Positions 24,586 to 35,427 of a DNA stretch of 64,000 bases are shown here, one piece after another (position 1 is the stretch's first letter; each line of letters begins with the position of its first letter). The notes under the pieces were generated by a model. The model searched no databases, was not told the origin of the DNA, and saw nothing but the letters and a program-made list of their open reading frames with translations. The translations under genes were made by a program, and so were the position numbers. The stretch is from Polyangiaceae bacterium LLY-WYZ-15_(1-7). Its GTDB lineage: Bacteria; Myxococcota_A; Polyangia; Polyangiales; Houyiibacteriaceae. Where the stretch lies: positions 790-64,789 of the forward strand of contig DAPKRU010000165.1 of the NCBI GenBank assembly GCA_031800675.1. The letters run 5' to 3'.

Positions 24586-25296
24586 GAGCCACTTCGGCGG
24601 GTCGTCGTCCTTGCCGCCCTGGATGACCTTCAGGCCGAGGTCGTTCTTGCGTCGCCGGCCGCCGCTCTTCTTCCGCTCGCGCTTCGCCGCCGGGGGCTTG
24701 CTGATCCATTCGGTGAAGAGGATGCCGCCGCCGGTCGCGCCGAGGTCCGCCGCGAGGAGCACGAAGTTCTGCGAGGCGAGGAAGTTCAACAGCACCAGGC
24801 CCAGCACGACGAGCATCATCTGCGTCGGCGACATGGGCATGACGCCGAAGAAGTTCGCCTCCTGGCGGGTCAGGCGCATGGCCCAGGCCCAGGCCATGAA
24901 GGCCGCGAGCGTGAGCGAGCCGAAGCCGTAGAGGACGCCGCCGAAGAAGAGCCCGACGGCCAGCGCCGGGAGGAGCGCCCCGACCGCCCCGAAGAGGAGC
25001 ACCTGGATCGTGCGCGCCCGCCCGAAGGTCTGCTCGAAGGGCGAGACGATGAGCCAGAAGAAGAGGCTCGAGATGAGGAAGGGCATCACGCCGGCCGGGC
25101 CGGGGGGCGTCGCGAAGGGGAAGGTCGCGACCTGCCACACGAGCCGCACGGTCGCCCCGGCGCGCATGTCGAGGGCGAGGAGGGCGAAGAGCTCGCCGCC
25201 GAGCCAGACGTCGCTGATGAGCTGCGCCACGTAGGTGCCGAGGAAGACGACGAGCAGCGTCTTCACGGTCGGCGTCAGCGGCGGGAAGCGAAACAC
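24580..25296 (-). CDS. Rhomboid-like polytopic membrane protein, apparently lacking the catalytic His
   Basis: 238 aa with about 6 hydrophobic segments. GFGSLTLAAF aligns by eye to the rhomboid GxSG helix. AADLGATGGGILF sits where AHxGGxxxG is expected. Basic C-terminal tail. Confidence 0.5.
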   Translation of the reverse strand: MFRFPPLTPTVKTLLVVFLGTYVAQLISDVWLGGELFALLALDMRAGATVRLVWQVATFPFATPPGPAGVMPFLISSLFFWLIVSPFEQTFGRARTIQVLLFGAVGALLPALAVGLFFGGVLYGFGSLTLAAFMAWAWAMRLTRQEANFFGVMPMSPTQMMLVVLGLVLLNFLASQNFVLLAADLGATGGGILFTEWISKPPAAKRERKKSGGRRRKNDLGLKVIQGGKDDDPPKWLN

Positions 25297-25576
25297 CCCT
25301 CCGATGTAGTCGTGGGCCCCGCCCTTGGCAACGGCTGTCCCCGCGCGATCGGCCCGCCCGGGTCGGGGCCAGGGCGCCCTCCTCGGCGGGTGAGAGGAGC
25401 CCCCGCGCCGCTCCGCCGGCTCGCCTTTGAAGCGAACGCCGGCTCCGCCGTCTCACCCCGGGAGAGCCATGCCCTCGGCGCTCCGCCCGTCCACGGGCAT
25501 GGCCATTGCTTGGTATGCTCCTGCCCAGGCCTCCGGGCCGCAGGGTTGGGATGAACGAGGAGAGGAGAGACCCCCG

Positions 25577-25942
25577 ATGAAGAACTTCGCGCTCGCTTTC
25601 GCTCTGGCCGTGGCCGGGAGCGGCTGCATCATCGTCGACGACGACGGCGCCGATCTCTACGAGTCCTGCTTCGACGTGCTCGACTGCGATGGAGAGGCCG
25701 ACCGCTGCCACAGCTTCACGGCCGACTGGCCCGATGGCCTCCGCAGCACGAACTCGATCTGCACCCGCTCCTGCTTCGACAGCTCGGACTGTCCCTTCAG
25801 CAACGGCGATCCCGGCATCTGCGTCTCCTTCGATGGCGGGGCCTTCCTCTGCTACGAGAGCTGCTTCGACGACTTCGACTGCGACCCGGGCTTCGCCTGC
25901 GGCGACGTCGGCACCGGCGACACCATCTGCCTGCCCCGCTGA
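25577..25942 (+). CDS. Cys-rich secreted lipoprotein (tandem paralog 1)
   Basis: MKNFALAFALAVAGSGC-IIVDDD. 13 mature Cys by my count. Shares ...ADRC..(F/I)TADWPDGL.STN.ICT..CFDSSDCP... and the C-terminal CGD(V/I)GTGDT(I/V)CLPR with the next gene. Confidence 0.65.
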   Translation: MKNFALAFALAVAGSGCIIVDDDGADLYESCFDVLDCDGEADRCHSFTADWPDGLRSTNSICTRSCFDSSDCPFSNGDPGICVSFDGGAFLCYESCFDDFDCDPGFACGDVGTGDTICLPR

Positions 25943-25987
25943 GGCGAGGGCGTATCCGAAGCGCGCGCCTGGCCCTATACTCGGGTC

Positions 25988-26455
25988 ATGCGCGCGCTTC
26001 TCCGTTCGGGCCTCACGGCCGCCGTCCTCTCCCTCTCCTTCGCCAGCGGCTGCATCATCGTCGACGACGACGATGACGAGTGCTTCGACGACTTCGACTG
26101 TCCGAGCGGCTTCTTCTGTAGCGCCGGGGGCAGCTGCTTCGCCGAAGACCTCGGCGTGCCGCTCTACGACGCCTGCTTCGTCGTCGACGACTGCGACCTG
26201 AACGCCGACCGCTGCCAGGCGATCACCGCCGACTGGCCCGACGGGCTGAGCAGCACGAACAACATCTGCACCATCGAGTGCTTCGACAGCTCGGATTGCC
26301 CGATCAGCGCCAACGGCCTCCAGGGCACCTGCGCCTCCCTCGGCATGGGCGGCACCTTCGTCTGCTACGAGAGCTGCGTGACCCGCGGCGACTGCGCCGC
26401 CGGCTTCGACTGCGGCGACATCGGCACCGGCGACACCGTCTGCCTCCCGCGCTGA
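25988..26455 (+). CDS. Cys-rich secreted lipoprotein (tandem paralog 2, with an extra N-terminal Cys module)
   Basis: MRALLRSGLTAAVLSLSFASGC-IIVDDDDD. Collinear with 25577-25942 apart from the inserted ECFDDFDCPSGFFCSAGGSCF module. Confidence 0.65.
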   Translation: MRALLRSGLTAAVLSLSFASGCIIVDDDDDECFDDFDCPSGFFCSAGGSCFAEDLGVPLYDACFVVDDCDLNADRCQAITADWPDGLSSTNNICTIECFDSSDCPISANGLQGTCASLGMGGTFVCYESCVTRGDCAAGFDCGDIGTGDTVCLPR

Positions 26456-26494
26456 GCGGGTGGCCTCCGGTCAGCGTCCGGGCCAGCGCCCGGG

Positions 26495-26529
26495 CCGAGC
26501 GACCGTGAACGCGCCTTCGCGCCGAGAAG
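26495..26529. terminator. Perfect 14-bp-stem hairpin between convergent genes (candidate bidirectional terminator)
   Basis: GTGAACGCGCCTTC-gcgccga-GAAGGCGCGTTCAC read directly. A 15-bp x2 tandem repeat (ggcaggtcgacgagc) follows at 26550-26579. Confidence 0.5.
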
Positions 26530-26803
26530 GCGCGTTCACGTCGTCCGGCCGCATCCGGTGGCAGGTCGACGAGCGGCAGGTCGACGAGCCCGAGCCGTGG
26601 TCGGAGCGAGCGACCTCGGGCTGAAGCTCACCCCAACCAGGCGAACGAGCCCGCCTCACCGACGGCCGTACTCGTCGCGCGCTCCGCACCGTCGCGCGGA
26701 CTGCAGCGTCGCGCGGGGCGCTTCCGCCGACGGCGCTCGTTCGCCGCCGACGGTGCTCCGCGGGGTTCCTCTCGCTTCCGCGCTCGGCCCGGAGGCCGGG
26801 CGC

Positions 26804-29737
26804 TCAGCTGAAGGCTTCGTCCATCAGGCGCGACTGCTCGAGCTTGTGGGCCGCGCCGGAGCCGGTGGCCGGGCTCGCGCTCTCGGGGCGGCTCACGCAC
26901 TGGATGTCGCGCTTGCCGAAGATGTCCGGGAAGCGGGCGCGCAGGAAGAACCAGGCGCCCATGTTCCACGGCTCCTCCTGCACCCAGACGAGCTCCGCCT
27001 TCTTCGGGAAGCGCCCCACGGCCGCTTGCAGCTCCTCGGGCCGGTAGGGGTAGAGCTGCTCGACGCGCAGCAGGGCGACGTCGTCGATCTCGCGCTTCTC
27101 CCGCGCGTCCAGCAGGTCGTAGTAGACCTTGCCACTGCAGAGGATGACCTTGCGGACCTTCTTCGGGTCGATGCGCTCGTCGACCTCGCCGATGACCCGC
27201 TGGAACTCGCCCTCGGCGAGCTCGTCCATGGTCGAGACGGCGCGGCGGTGCCGGAGCAGACTCTTCGGCGTCATCACCACCAGTGGCTTGCGCCAGGGGC
27301 GGATCACCTGGCGGCGCAGCACGTGGAAGATCTGCGCCGGCGTCGTGCAGTTGACGATCTGCATGTTGTCCTCGGCGCAGAGGCCGAGGAAGCGCTCGAG
27401 GCGCGCGCTCGAGTGCTCGGGGCCCATGCCCTCGAAGCCGTGGGGCAGCAGCAGCGTCAGGCCGCTGAGCCGGTGCCACTTGTCCTCCGAGCTCGAGAGG
27501 AACTGGTCGATGATCACCTGCGCGCCGTTGGCGAAGTCACCGAACTGCGCCTCCCAGGCGACGAGCGCGTCCGGCGAGTCGAGCGAGTAGCCCCACTCGA
27601 AGCCGAGCACGCCCGACTCGGAGAGCGGGCTGTCGTAGATCTCGAGGCCCGCCTGGTTCTCCGTGACGTGGCCGAGGCGCGTGTAGCGGCGGCCCGTGTT
27701 CACGTCGTAGATGACCGCGTGCCGATGGCTGAAGGTGCCGCGGCGCACGTCCTGGCCCGTGAGCCGCACGCGCACGCCGTCGGCGAGGAGCGAGGCCATG
27801 GCGAGGTTCTCCGCCGTGCCCCAGTCGACGTTCTCGCCCGACTCGAGGACCTTGCGCTGCTTGTCGAGGAGGAAGCGCTTGAGCCGGCTGTGGGGCGTGA
27901 ACCAGTCGGGGGCGGTCGTCAGCGCGTCGAGGAGCTGGTCGAGGCGCTCGCGCTTCACGCGCGTCGCCACGTCGGGCACGTCGCGGTCGCGCCCGCCCTT
28001 GTAGCCGGTCCAGAGGCCGGTCATCGAGACCGGGAGCAGCGCGTAGTCACCGGTGCGCGACTCTTCGAGGGCGTCGTCGAGATCCTTGCGGCGCCGCTCC
28101 GCGATGTCGGCTGCGTCCTGGCGCGTGATCGAGCCGCGCTCGACGAGCCGGTCGATGTAGATCTCGCGGACGGTCTTCTTCGAGTCGACGGCCGCGTACA
28201 TGGTCGGCTGCGTGAAGCGCGGCTCGTCGCCCTCGTTGTGGCCGTACTTCCGGTAGCAGTAGAGGTCGATGACCACGTCCTTGTGGAAGCGCTGGCGGTA
28301 CTCGGTCGCCAGCCGCACGACCTGGGCCACGGCCTCCGGATCCTCGCCGTTCACGTGGAACACGGGGCAGCGCAACATGCGCGTGATGTCCGTGCAGTAG
28401 CGGGTGGAGCGGGAGTCCTCGGGGAGCGTCGTGAAGCCGATCTGGTTGTTGATCACGACGTGGAGCGTGCCGCCGCTCTTGTAGGCCGGGAGCTCGCTCA
28501 GGTTCAGCGTCTCCGCGACGATGCCCTGGCCGATGAAGGCCGCGTCGCCGTGGATGAGCAGCGGCAGCACGTGGCGCCGCTCGGCGTCCCCGCGCCGGTC
28601 CTGCTTGGCGCGCACCCGGCCCTCGACGACCGGGTTCACGAACTCGAGGTGGCTCGGGTTGAAGGTGAGCGTGATGTGGACGTTCTTCCCGGCGGCCGTC
28701 GGGCGGTCGATGGAGTAGCCGAGGTGGTACTTCACGTCGCCGCGGCCGAGGTGGAGCTCCGGGTTGTCGTCGTCGAAGCCCGCGAAGATGTCGCGGACGT
28801 TCATCTCCATGATGTTGACCATCACGTTGAGGCGGCCGCGGTGGGCCATGCCGAGGACGATCTCCTCGACGCCCGACTCGGCGGCGCGCTCGACGAGCAG
28901 GTCGAGCATGGGGATGACGCTCTCGCCGCCCTCGAGGGAGAAGCGCTTGGCGCCGATGAACTTCGTGTGGAGGAACTGCTCGAAGATCTCGGCGTCGGAG
29001 AGCTTCGAGAGGATGCGCATCTGCTCGTCGCGGGTGAGGTCGACGCGGTTGCCCGTCTCCTCCATCTGCTGCTGGAGCCAGGTGCGCGCCTCGCGATCCT
29101 CGAGGAAGGTGAACTCGACGCCGATGGTGCGCGTGTAGGTGTCGCTCAGGCGATCGATGATGTCGCGGAGCGGCGCGGTCGGCGGGCCGGCGAGGTCACC
29201 GGCCGAGAAGACCGTGTCCATGTCCACGTTGGCGAGGCCGTAGCGCTCGAGGAAGAGCTCCTCGGGCTCGGGCTTGTCGCCGAGGCCGAGCGGGTCGAGG
29301 TCGGCGTAGAGGTGGCCACGGACGCGGTAGGCGTTGGTGAGGGCGGCGACGCGGGCCTGGAGCTCGGTCGCGGCCATCACCTCCTCGGAGGGCGGGAAGG
29401 AGGCGCGGGGCTTGGTGCGGCGCTCGACGAAGGGGAGGTTCTCGGCCGTCGGGGGGAGCTTGAAGAGCCCGGAGGGCTCGGCGGGGCCGCCGACGCCCGA
29501 GGGGATCGGGGCGTAGGCGCCGGCGCCGTTGCCGCCCTGACCGTTGCTGCCGTTGCCGCCCGGGACGTGCTCGGGGGGAGCGGGGATGCCGCCGGCGGAG
29601 GTCAGCTGCGGCCACTCCGTCGGGTCCATGCCCTCGAAGTAGCGGCGCCAGGCCACGTCGACGGATTGCGGGTTGCCGGCCCAGCGGAGGAACATCTCCT
29701 CCACGAGCCCCTGGTTGACACCGAAGTCGCGAGCCAT
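26804..29737 (-). CDS. sucA: 2-oxoglutarate dehydrogenase E1 component
   Basis: 977 aa from the ATG at 29737 (MARDFGVNQGLVEEMFLRW...). Full-length SucA-type E1 with a ThDP-binding region (LIHGDAAFIGQGIV, HGFEGMGPEHSSARLERFL). Confidence 0.95.
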   Translation of the reverse strand: MARDFGVNQGLVEEMFLRWAGNPQSVDVAWRRYFEGMDPTEWPQLTSAGGIPAPPEHVPGGNGSNGQGGNGAGAYAPIPSGVGGPAEPSGLFKLPPTAENLPFVERRTKPRASFPPSEEVMAATELQARVAALTNAYRVRGHLYADLDPLGLGDKPEPEELFLERYGLANVDMDTVFSAGDLAGPPTAPLRDIIDRLSDTYTRTIGVEFTFLEDREARTWLQQQMEETGNRVDLTRDEQMRILSKLSDAEIFEQFLHTKFIGAKRFSLEGGESVIPMLDLLVERAAESGVEEIVLGMAHRGRLNVMVNIMEMNVRDIFAGFDDDNPELHLGRGDVKYHLGYSIDRPTAAGKNVHITLTFNPSHLEFVNPVVEGRVRAKQDRRGDAERRHVLPLLIHGDAAFIGQGIVAETLNLSELPAYKSGGTLHVVINNQIGFTTLPEDSRSTRYCTDITRMLRCPVFHVNGEDPEAVAQVVRLATEYRQRFHKDVVIDLYCYRKYGHNEGDEPRFTQPTMYAAVDSKKTVREIYIDRLVERGSITRQDAADIAERRRKDLDDALEESRTGDYALLPVSMTGLWTGYKGGRDRDVPDVATRVKRERLDQLLDALTTAPDWFTPHSRLKRFLLDKQRKVLESGENVDWGTAENLAMASLLADGVRVRLTGQDVRRGTFSHRHAVIYDVNTGRRYTRLGHVTENQAGLEIYDSPLSESGVLGFEWGYSLDSPDALVAWEAQFGDFANGAQVIIDQFLSSSEDKWHRLSGLTLLLPHGFEGMGPEHSSARLERFLGLCAEDNMQIVNCTTPAQIFHVLRRQVIRPWRKPLVVMTPKSLLRHRRAVSTMDELAEGEFQRVIGEVDERIDPKKVRKVILCSGKVYYDLLDAREKREIDDVALLRVEQLYPYRPEELQAAVGRFPKKAELVWVQEEPWNMGAWFFLRARFPDIFGKRDIQCVSRPESASPATGSGAAHKLEQSRLMDEAFS

Positions 29738-29981
29738 GTCTGTGTGTTTCGTCGGGCCGCGGCGTGGGAGGCGGCCCAGTTCGGGTGCGGGTGATCGAGT
29801 CGAGTCGTCGTTCGCGCGGCCGGGGCTCGGCCGGTGGCCCGGCCGTTCGCTGCTTGGTTCGCTTCTCACGAACGATGCAAAGATGGCGCTTTGCTGGATC
29901 TTATCGTCGAGCGGGACGCATTTGTAGGGGGGCGGCGTGTCCTCGGGACTCCTAGCGCTCTCGTCCCCGTCGGTCCACCGT

Positions 29982-31661
<1,680 letters not shown>

Positions 31662-31814
31662 CGCCGCGGAGTATAGGCGGCGCGCGGCGGCAGCGCCTAT
31701 GGCGCCGCCGGCCGCGCGGGGAGGGTCGCGGGCGGCCGCGCCTGCGGCGCTGCCGTCGCTCTTTCTTGGGGAGGGCGATGGGGGGCTTGGGGGGGCGGTG
31801 GGCGGTGGGGCGCT

Positions 31815-32050
31815 GCGGCGGCGAAGGGGGGAGCGGGGGAGATGGGGGCCGGGGAACTGGGGGTCGTCGGTTCGCGTGGCGGGCGCTTCGGACGCATGTG
31901 GCTCGCCCCGGGGAGGCGGGGGCGCGCCGGGTAGCGGGCGGCGGCGAAGGGGGGAGCGGGGGAGAGGGGGGCTGGGGAACTGGGGAGCTGGGGGGAGTGG
32001 GTTGGCGTGGCGGATGGTTCGGACGCGTGTCGCTCGAGGGGGAGGCGTGG
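31815..32050. repeat. G-tract-rich direct repeat, two ~105-113-bp copies about 123 bp apart
   Basis: Copy 1 at 31815-31920 and copy 2 at 31938-32050. Both start gcggcggcgaaggggggagcgggggaga and contain ggggaactgggg and ttcggacgcRtgtSgctcg. Further G-runs lie at 31770-31814. Confidence 0.8.
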
Positions 32051-32129
32051 GCCGCCTCCCGAGCCGGGGCAGGGCTCTTCAACGCACCGTTCCCTCGACG
32101 GTCGGCCCGGCCGGCCCGACACTCTCCCC

Positions 32130-32945
32130 ATGTTGCGCCGCCGCGACTTCCTCCCGCTCGCCGCCGCCGGCCTCGCCGCCTGCGGCACGCCCGCCAGCCC
32201 CACGAGCCGCCGCCGGCGTCCCGCCGCCCCCGCTCCCGCTCCCGAGCTCGCCCCCGTCGCCATCCGCCCGAGCGACGAGCGCGGCTACGCCGACCACGGC
32301 TGGCTCCAGGCGCGCCACAGCTTCTCCTTCGCGCGCTACCGCGACCCCCGCTTCATGGGCTACCGCGGCCTCCGCGTCCTCAACGAGGACCGCATCGCCC
32401 CCGAGCAGGGCTTCCCGCTCCACCCGCACCGGGACATGGAGATCGTCACCTACCTGCTCGAGGGCGCCCTCGAGCACCGCGACACGCTCGGCAGCGGCGG
32501 CGTGATCCGCCCCGGCCGGGCCCAGCGCATGAGCGCCGGCTCCGGCATCCGCCACAGCGAGTTCGCCAAGAGCGAGCTCACGCACCTCCTCCAGATCTGG
32601 ATCCGCCCGAGCGAGCGCGGCATCCGCCCCTCCTACGAGGACCAGCCCCTCCCCCGCGCCGACATGCGCGGCCAGCTCCTGCCCATCGCCGGGCCGCCCG
32701 GCTCGCCCGGCGCCGTCACCATCCACACGGACGCCCGCATCCACGTCGCGCGGCTCGGCCCCGGCCACCGCGTCGAGCACGTCGTCGCCCCGGGCCGTGG
32801 CGCCTGGGTGCAGCTCGCCCGCGGCCGCGTGCGCCTCAACGGCCAGCGCCTCCTCGCCGGCGACGGCGCCTTCACCACCGCCCCCGGCCGCCTCGCCTTC
32901 GACGAGGCCGACGAGGCTGAGCTCCTCCTCTTCGACCTCGCCTGA
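32130..32945 (+). CDS. Pirin-family (bicupin) protein with a Tat-type signal and lipobox
   Basis: MLRRRDFLPLAAAGLAAC has twin-Arg plus LAAC. The pirin core HPHRDMEIVTYLLEGALEHRDTLG is present, with a C-terminal cupin. Confidence 0.88.
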   Translation: MLRRRDFLPLAAAGLAACGTPASPTSRRRRPAAPAPAPELAPVAIRPSDERGYADHGWLQARHSFSFARYRDPRFMGYRGLRVLNEDRIAPEQGFPLHPHRDMEIVTYLLEGALEHRDTLGSGGVIRPGRAQRMSAGSGIRHSEFAKSELTHLLQIWIRPSERGIRPSYEDQPLPRADMRGQLLPIAGPPGSPGAVTIHTDARIHVARLGPGHRVEHVVAPGRGAWVQLARGRVRLNGQRLLAGDGAFTTAPGRLAFDEADEAELLLFDLA

Positions 32946-33068
32946 ACGAACCGAGCGCGTCCGCCTCCGCGCGGAGAGCGCCCCGCTCCCCCCCTCGGCG
33001 CGGAGAGGGTGGCCCTTCCCCCGGTCGGCGCGAGACTGCGGCGTCCCGTCCATCCCGTGCCGTCCAGT

Positions 33069-33125
33069 CCCGTACCGTGCCCCTCGAGCGGCGGGCCCGG
33101 GGTCCGGACAGGGGCGGGGTACGGG
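33069..33125. terminator. Long imperfect hairpin between the convergent pirin and peptidase genes
   Basis: CCCGTACCGTGCCCCT ... AGGGGCGGGGTACGGG: 16-nt arms with 2 mismatches and a ~25-nt loop. Confidence 0.35.
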
Positions 33126-33129
33126 GTCG

Positions 33130-35307
33130 TCAGTCGAGCTCGGCGTCGAAGAACGAGTACATGCGCGCGTAGCGATCCACGAGGTCGCTCGTGCGCGTGC
33201 CCGCGCCGTGGCCCTGCGCCTCGGCGCGGAGGAAGTAGATGGGCGCCTCGCCGCTCGTCGCCTCCTGGAGCGCGGCCGCGAACTTGGTCGAGTGGGCCCA
33301 GTGCACGCGGCTGTCGTGGTCGGCGGTCTCGACGAGCACGGCGGGGTAGCGCACGCCGGCGCGCACCCGGTGGTAGGGCGAGTAGGCGTGGAGGTAGGCG
33401 AGCTCGGTCGGCTCCTCGGCGCTCCCGTACTCGCTCACCCAGAGCTCGGCCGGCGGGAAGAGGTGGTAGCGGACCATGTCGTAGAGGCCGACGTAGGTCG
33501 CCGCGGCCGCGAAGCGCTCGGGCACGCGCGTGATCATCGCGCCCATGAGGAGGCCGCCGTTGCTGCCGCCGGTGATGCCGATGCGATCGGGGCGGCTCAG
33601 GCCGCTCTCCGCGAGCCAGCCGATCACCGCCTCGAAGTCCTCGAAGACCCGCTCCTTGTTCTCGCGCATGCCCGCCCGGTGCCAGGCCTCGCCGAGCTCG
33701 CCGCCGCCGCGCAGGTTCGCCACCGCGTAGACGCCGCCCCGCTCGAGCCAGGCGAGGGCGCTCCGCCGGAAGCCGGGCAGGAGCGAGACGTTGAAGCCGC
33801 CGTAGCCGTAGAGGATCGCGCGCGCGCTCCCGTCCCGGGGCAGGTCGCGCGGCCGGAGCACGGTGACGGGCACGCGGGTGCCGTCGGCGGAGCGCACGTG
33901 CTCGAGCTCGGCGACGTAGCGGTCGAAGTCGAGCTCGGCGGAGACGCTCGTCAGCTCGCGGAGCGCGGGCTCGCCCTCGTCCTCCAGCGCGAGCTCGAGC
34001 ACGCTCGGCGGCTGCAGGTAGCCCTCGAAGCCGAAGCGGACGCGCGGGTCGTCGGGCTCGCCGGCGAGGCCCGCGATGGCGCCCCGGGCCGGCAGCGCGA
34101 CCTCGCGTTCGGCGCCGCCGTCGCGATCGAAGAGCCGGAGCGTGGAGCGGATGTCCTCGACGTAGTGCGCCGCGAGGCCGCCGCGGACGAGGGTCCAGCC
34201 CTCGAGGGGCGCGTCTCGCTCCGGCAGCACCTCCACCCAGGCGTCGCGCTCGCCGGCGCGCGCGAGGGGCACGCGCACGAGCCGGTAGCGCGGGGCGTCG
34301 AGGTTGGTGTGGAGCCAGAGCGCGTCGCCGTGGGCCCAGCCGGAGGTGAGCGCCTCCTCGCCGGTGACGACGGGCACGAAGGGGTGCGCCTCGCTCGGCA
34401 CGTCGCCGTGGCGCCGGTCGTAGACGTGCACGTCGCTGGCCGACCACCCGCGGAAGTCGTTCAGCACGAGCGTGCGGCCGTCGGGCGAGACGGAGGGGAT
34501 GGGGAAGTCGGTGCGCGCCTCGGAGGCCCAGACCCGCGGGTCCTCTTCGGGTGGGGTGCCGAGCCGGTGGAAGAAGACGCGCGGGAAGTAGGCGTCCTCG
34601 TGCTCGGGGTCGTAGTCGGGCTCGCCGGGCTTCGGGTAGCGCGTGTAGTAGAAGCCCGCGCCGTCCGGGAGCCAGGCGAGGTTGCACCACTTGGTGCGGG
34701 GGATGCGGAGCGGGCGGAGGCCGGCGGTCGGGTCGGCGATGCGGGCGCCGACGTCGAGGAGGTGGAGCGTGCTCCGCTCGTCGCCGTTGTCGCTGATGCC
34801 GAAGGCGAGCAGGCGGCCGTCCGGCGAGGGGTAGGCCCAGTCGAGGGCGGCGCGCTCGCCGAAGGTGGTCGGGTCGATGAGCACGTGCTCCTCGCCGGCC
34901 TCGCGGACGACGTAGAGGGGCTGCTCGCGCTCGCCCTCCCGGCGGCTGTAGAAGACGCGCTCGCCGGCGGCGTCGACGTCGCCGAGGTCGCCGATGCGCA
35001 GGAGCTCGCCGAGGCGCTCGCGGAGGGCGGCGTCCGGGCGGAGGGCGGCGGCCGTGCGGGCGCTCTGGGCGGCGATCCAGCGGCGGGTGAGCTCGCTCTC
35101 CTCCTCGAGGGCGCGGTAGGGGTCGCGGATCTCGACGCCGTGGAGGGTCTCGGTGACGGCGCCCGCGCGGGCGGCCTCGTTCAGGGCGTGGAGCTCGGCC
35201 ATGGGCGTGGAGGCGGGCGGGGGCGTGGTGGACGTCGGCTCGGCGGCCGGGGCGCTGCCGGCGCAGGCGACGAGGAGGGCGAGGGCGAGCGGGGCGGCGG
35301 CGCGCAT
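33130..35307 (-). CDS. Prolyl oligopeptidase (S9A family), secreted/lipoprotein
   Basis: 725 aa from the ATG at 35307 (MRAAAPLALALLVAC). DPYRALEE, GGSNGGLLMG (nucleophile Ser) and the ADHDSRV/HG catalytic region are present. Confidence 0.9.
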   Translation of the reverse strand: MRAAAPLALALLVACAGSAPAAEPTSTTPPPASTPMAELHALNEAARAGAVTETLHGVEIRDPYRALEEESELTRRWIAAQSARTAAALRPDAALRERLGELLRIGDLGDVDAAGERVFYSRREGEREQPLYVVREAGEEHVLIDPTTFGERAALDWAYPSPDGRLLAFGISDNGDERSTLHLLDVGARIADPTAGLRPLRIPRTKWCNLAWLPDGAGFYYTRYPKPGEPDYDPEHEDAYFPRVFFHRLGTPPEEDPRVWASEARTDFPIPSVSPDGRTLVLNDFRGWSASDVHVYDRRHGDVPSEAHPFVPVVTGEEALTSGWAHGDALWLHTNLDAPRYRLVRVPLARAGERDAWVEVLPERDAPLEGWTLVRGGLAAHYVEDIRSTLRLFDRDGGAEREVALPARGAIAGLAGEPDDPRVRFGFEGYLQPPSVLELALEDEGEPALRELTSVSAELDFDRYVAELEHVRSADGTRVPVTVLRPRDLPRDGSARAILYGYGGFNVSLLPGFRRSALAWLERGGVYAVANLRGGGELGEAWHRAGMRENKERVFEDFEAVIGWLAESGLSRPDRIGITGGSNGGLLMGAMITRVPERFAAAATYVGLYDMVRYHLFPPAELWVSEYGSAEEPTELAYLHAYSPYHRVRAGVRYPAVLVETADHDSRVHWAHSTKFAAALQEATSGEAPIYFLRAEAQGHGAGTRTSDLVDRYARMYSFFDAELD

Positions 35308-35427
35308 GGCTCGGTCATGGGCGGGGGGCCGCCCGGTCGCAAGCGGGGAGCGGGCCGGAGGCGAGGGGGCGGCCCGGGAGCGCGTCTCGGCTTGCGGGCC
35401 CGGGCGCGGGCCGCATGGTGGTCGCCC

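Noticed and set aside
25297-25576. A sigma54-like TGG...TGC string (tggtatgctcctgc) upstream of the Cys-rich lipoprotein gene.
   Set aside because: The GG-to-GC spacing is off by one from the -24/-12 consensus, and the flanking bases do not match.
26804-29737. sucA without an adjacent sucB/lpdA as an anomaly.
   Set aside because: E2/E3 genes are often encoded elsewhere, and the window cannot show their absence from the genome.
29870-29935. A locally AT-richer patch checked for a tRNA or small RNA gene.
   Set aside because: There is no cloverleaf-compatible arm pairing and no conserved T-loop or anticodon-loop features. It is most simply the sucA promoter/5' region.
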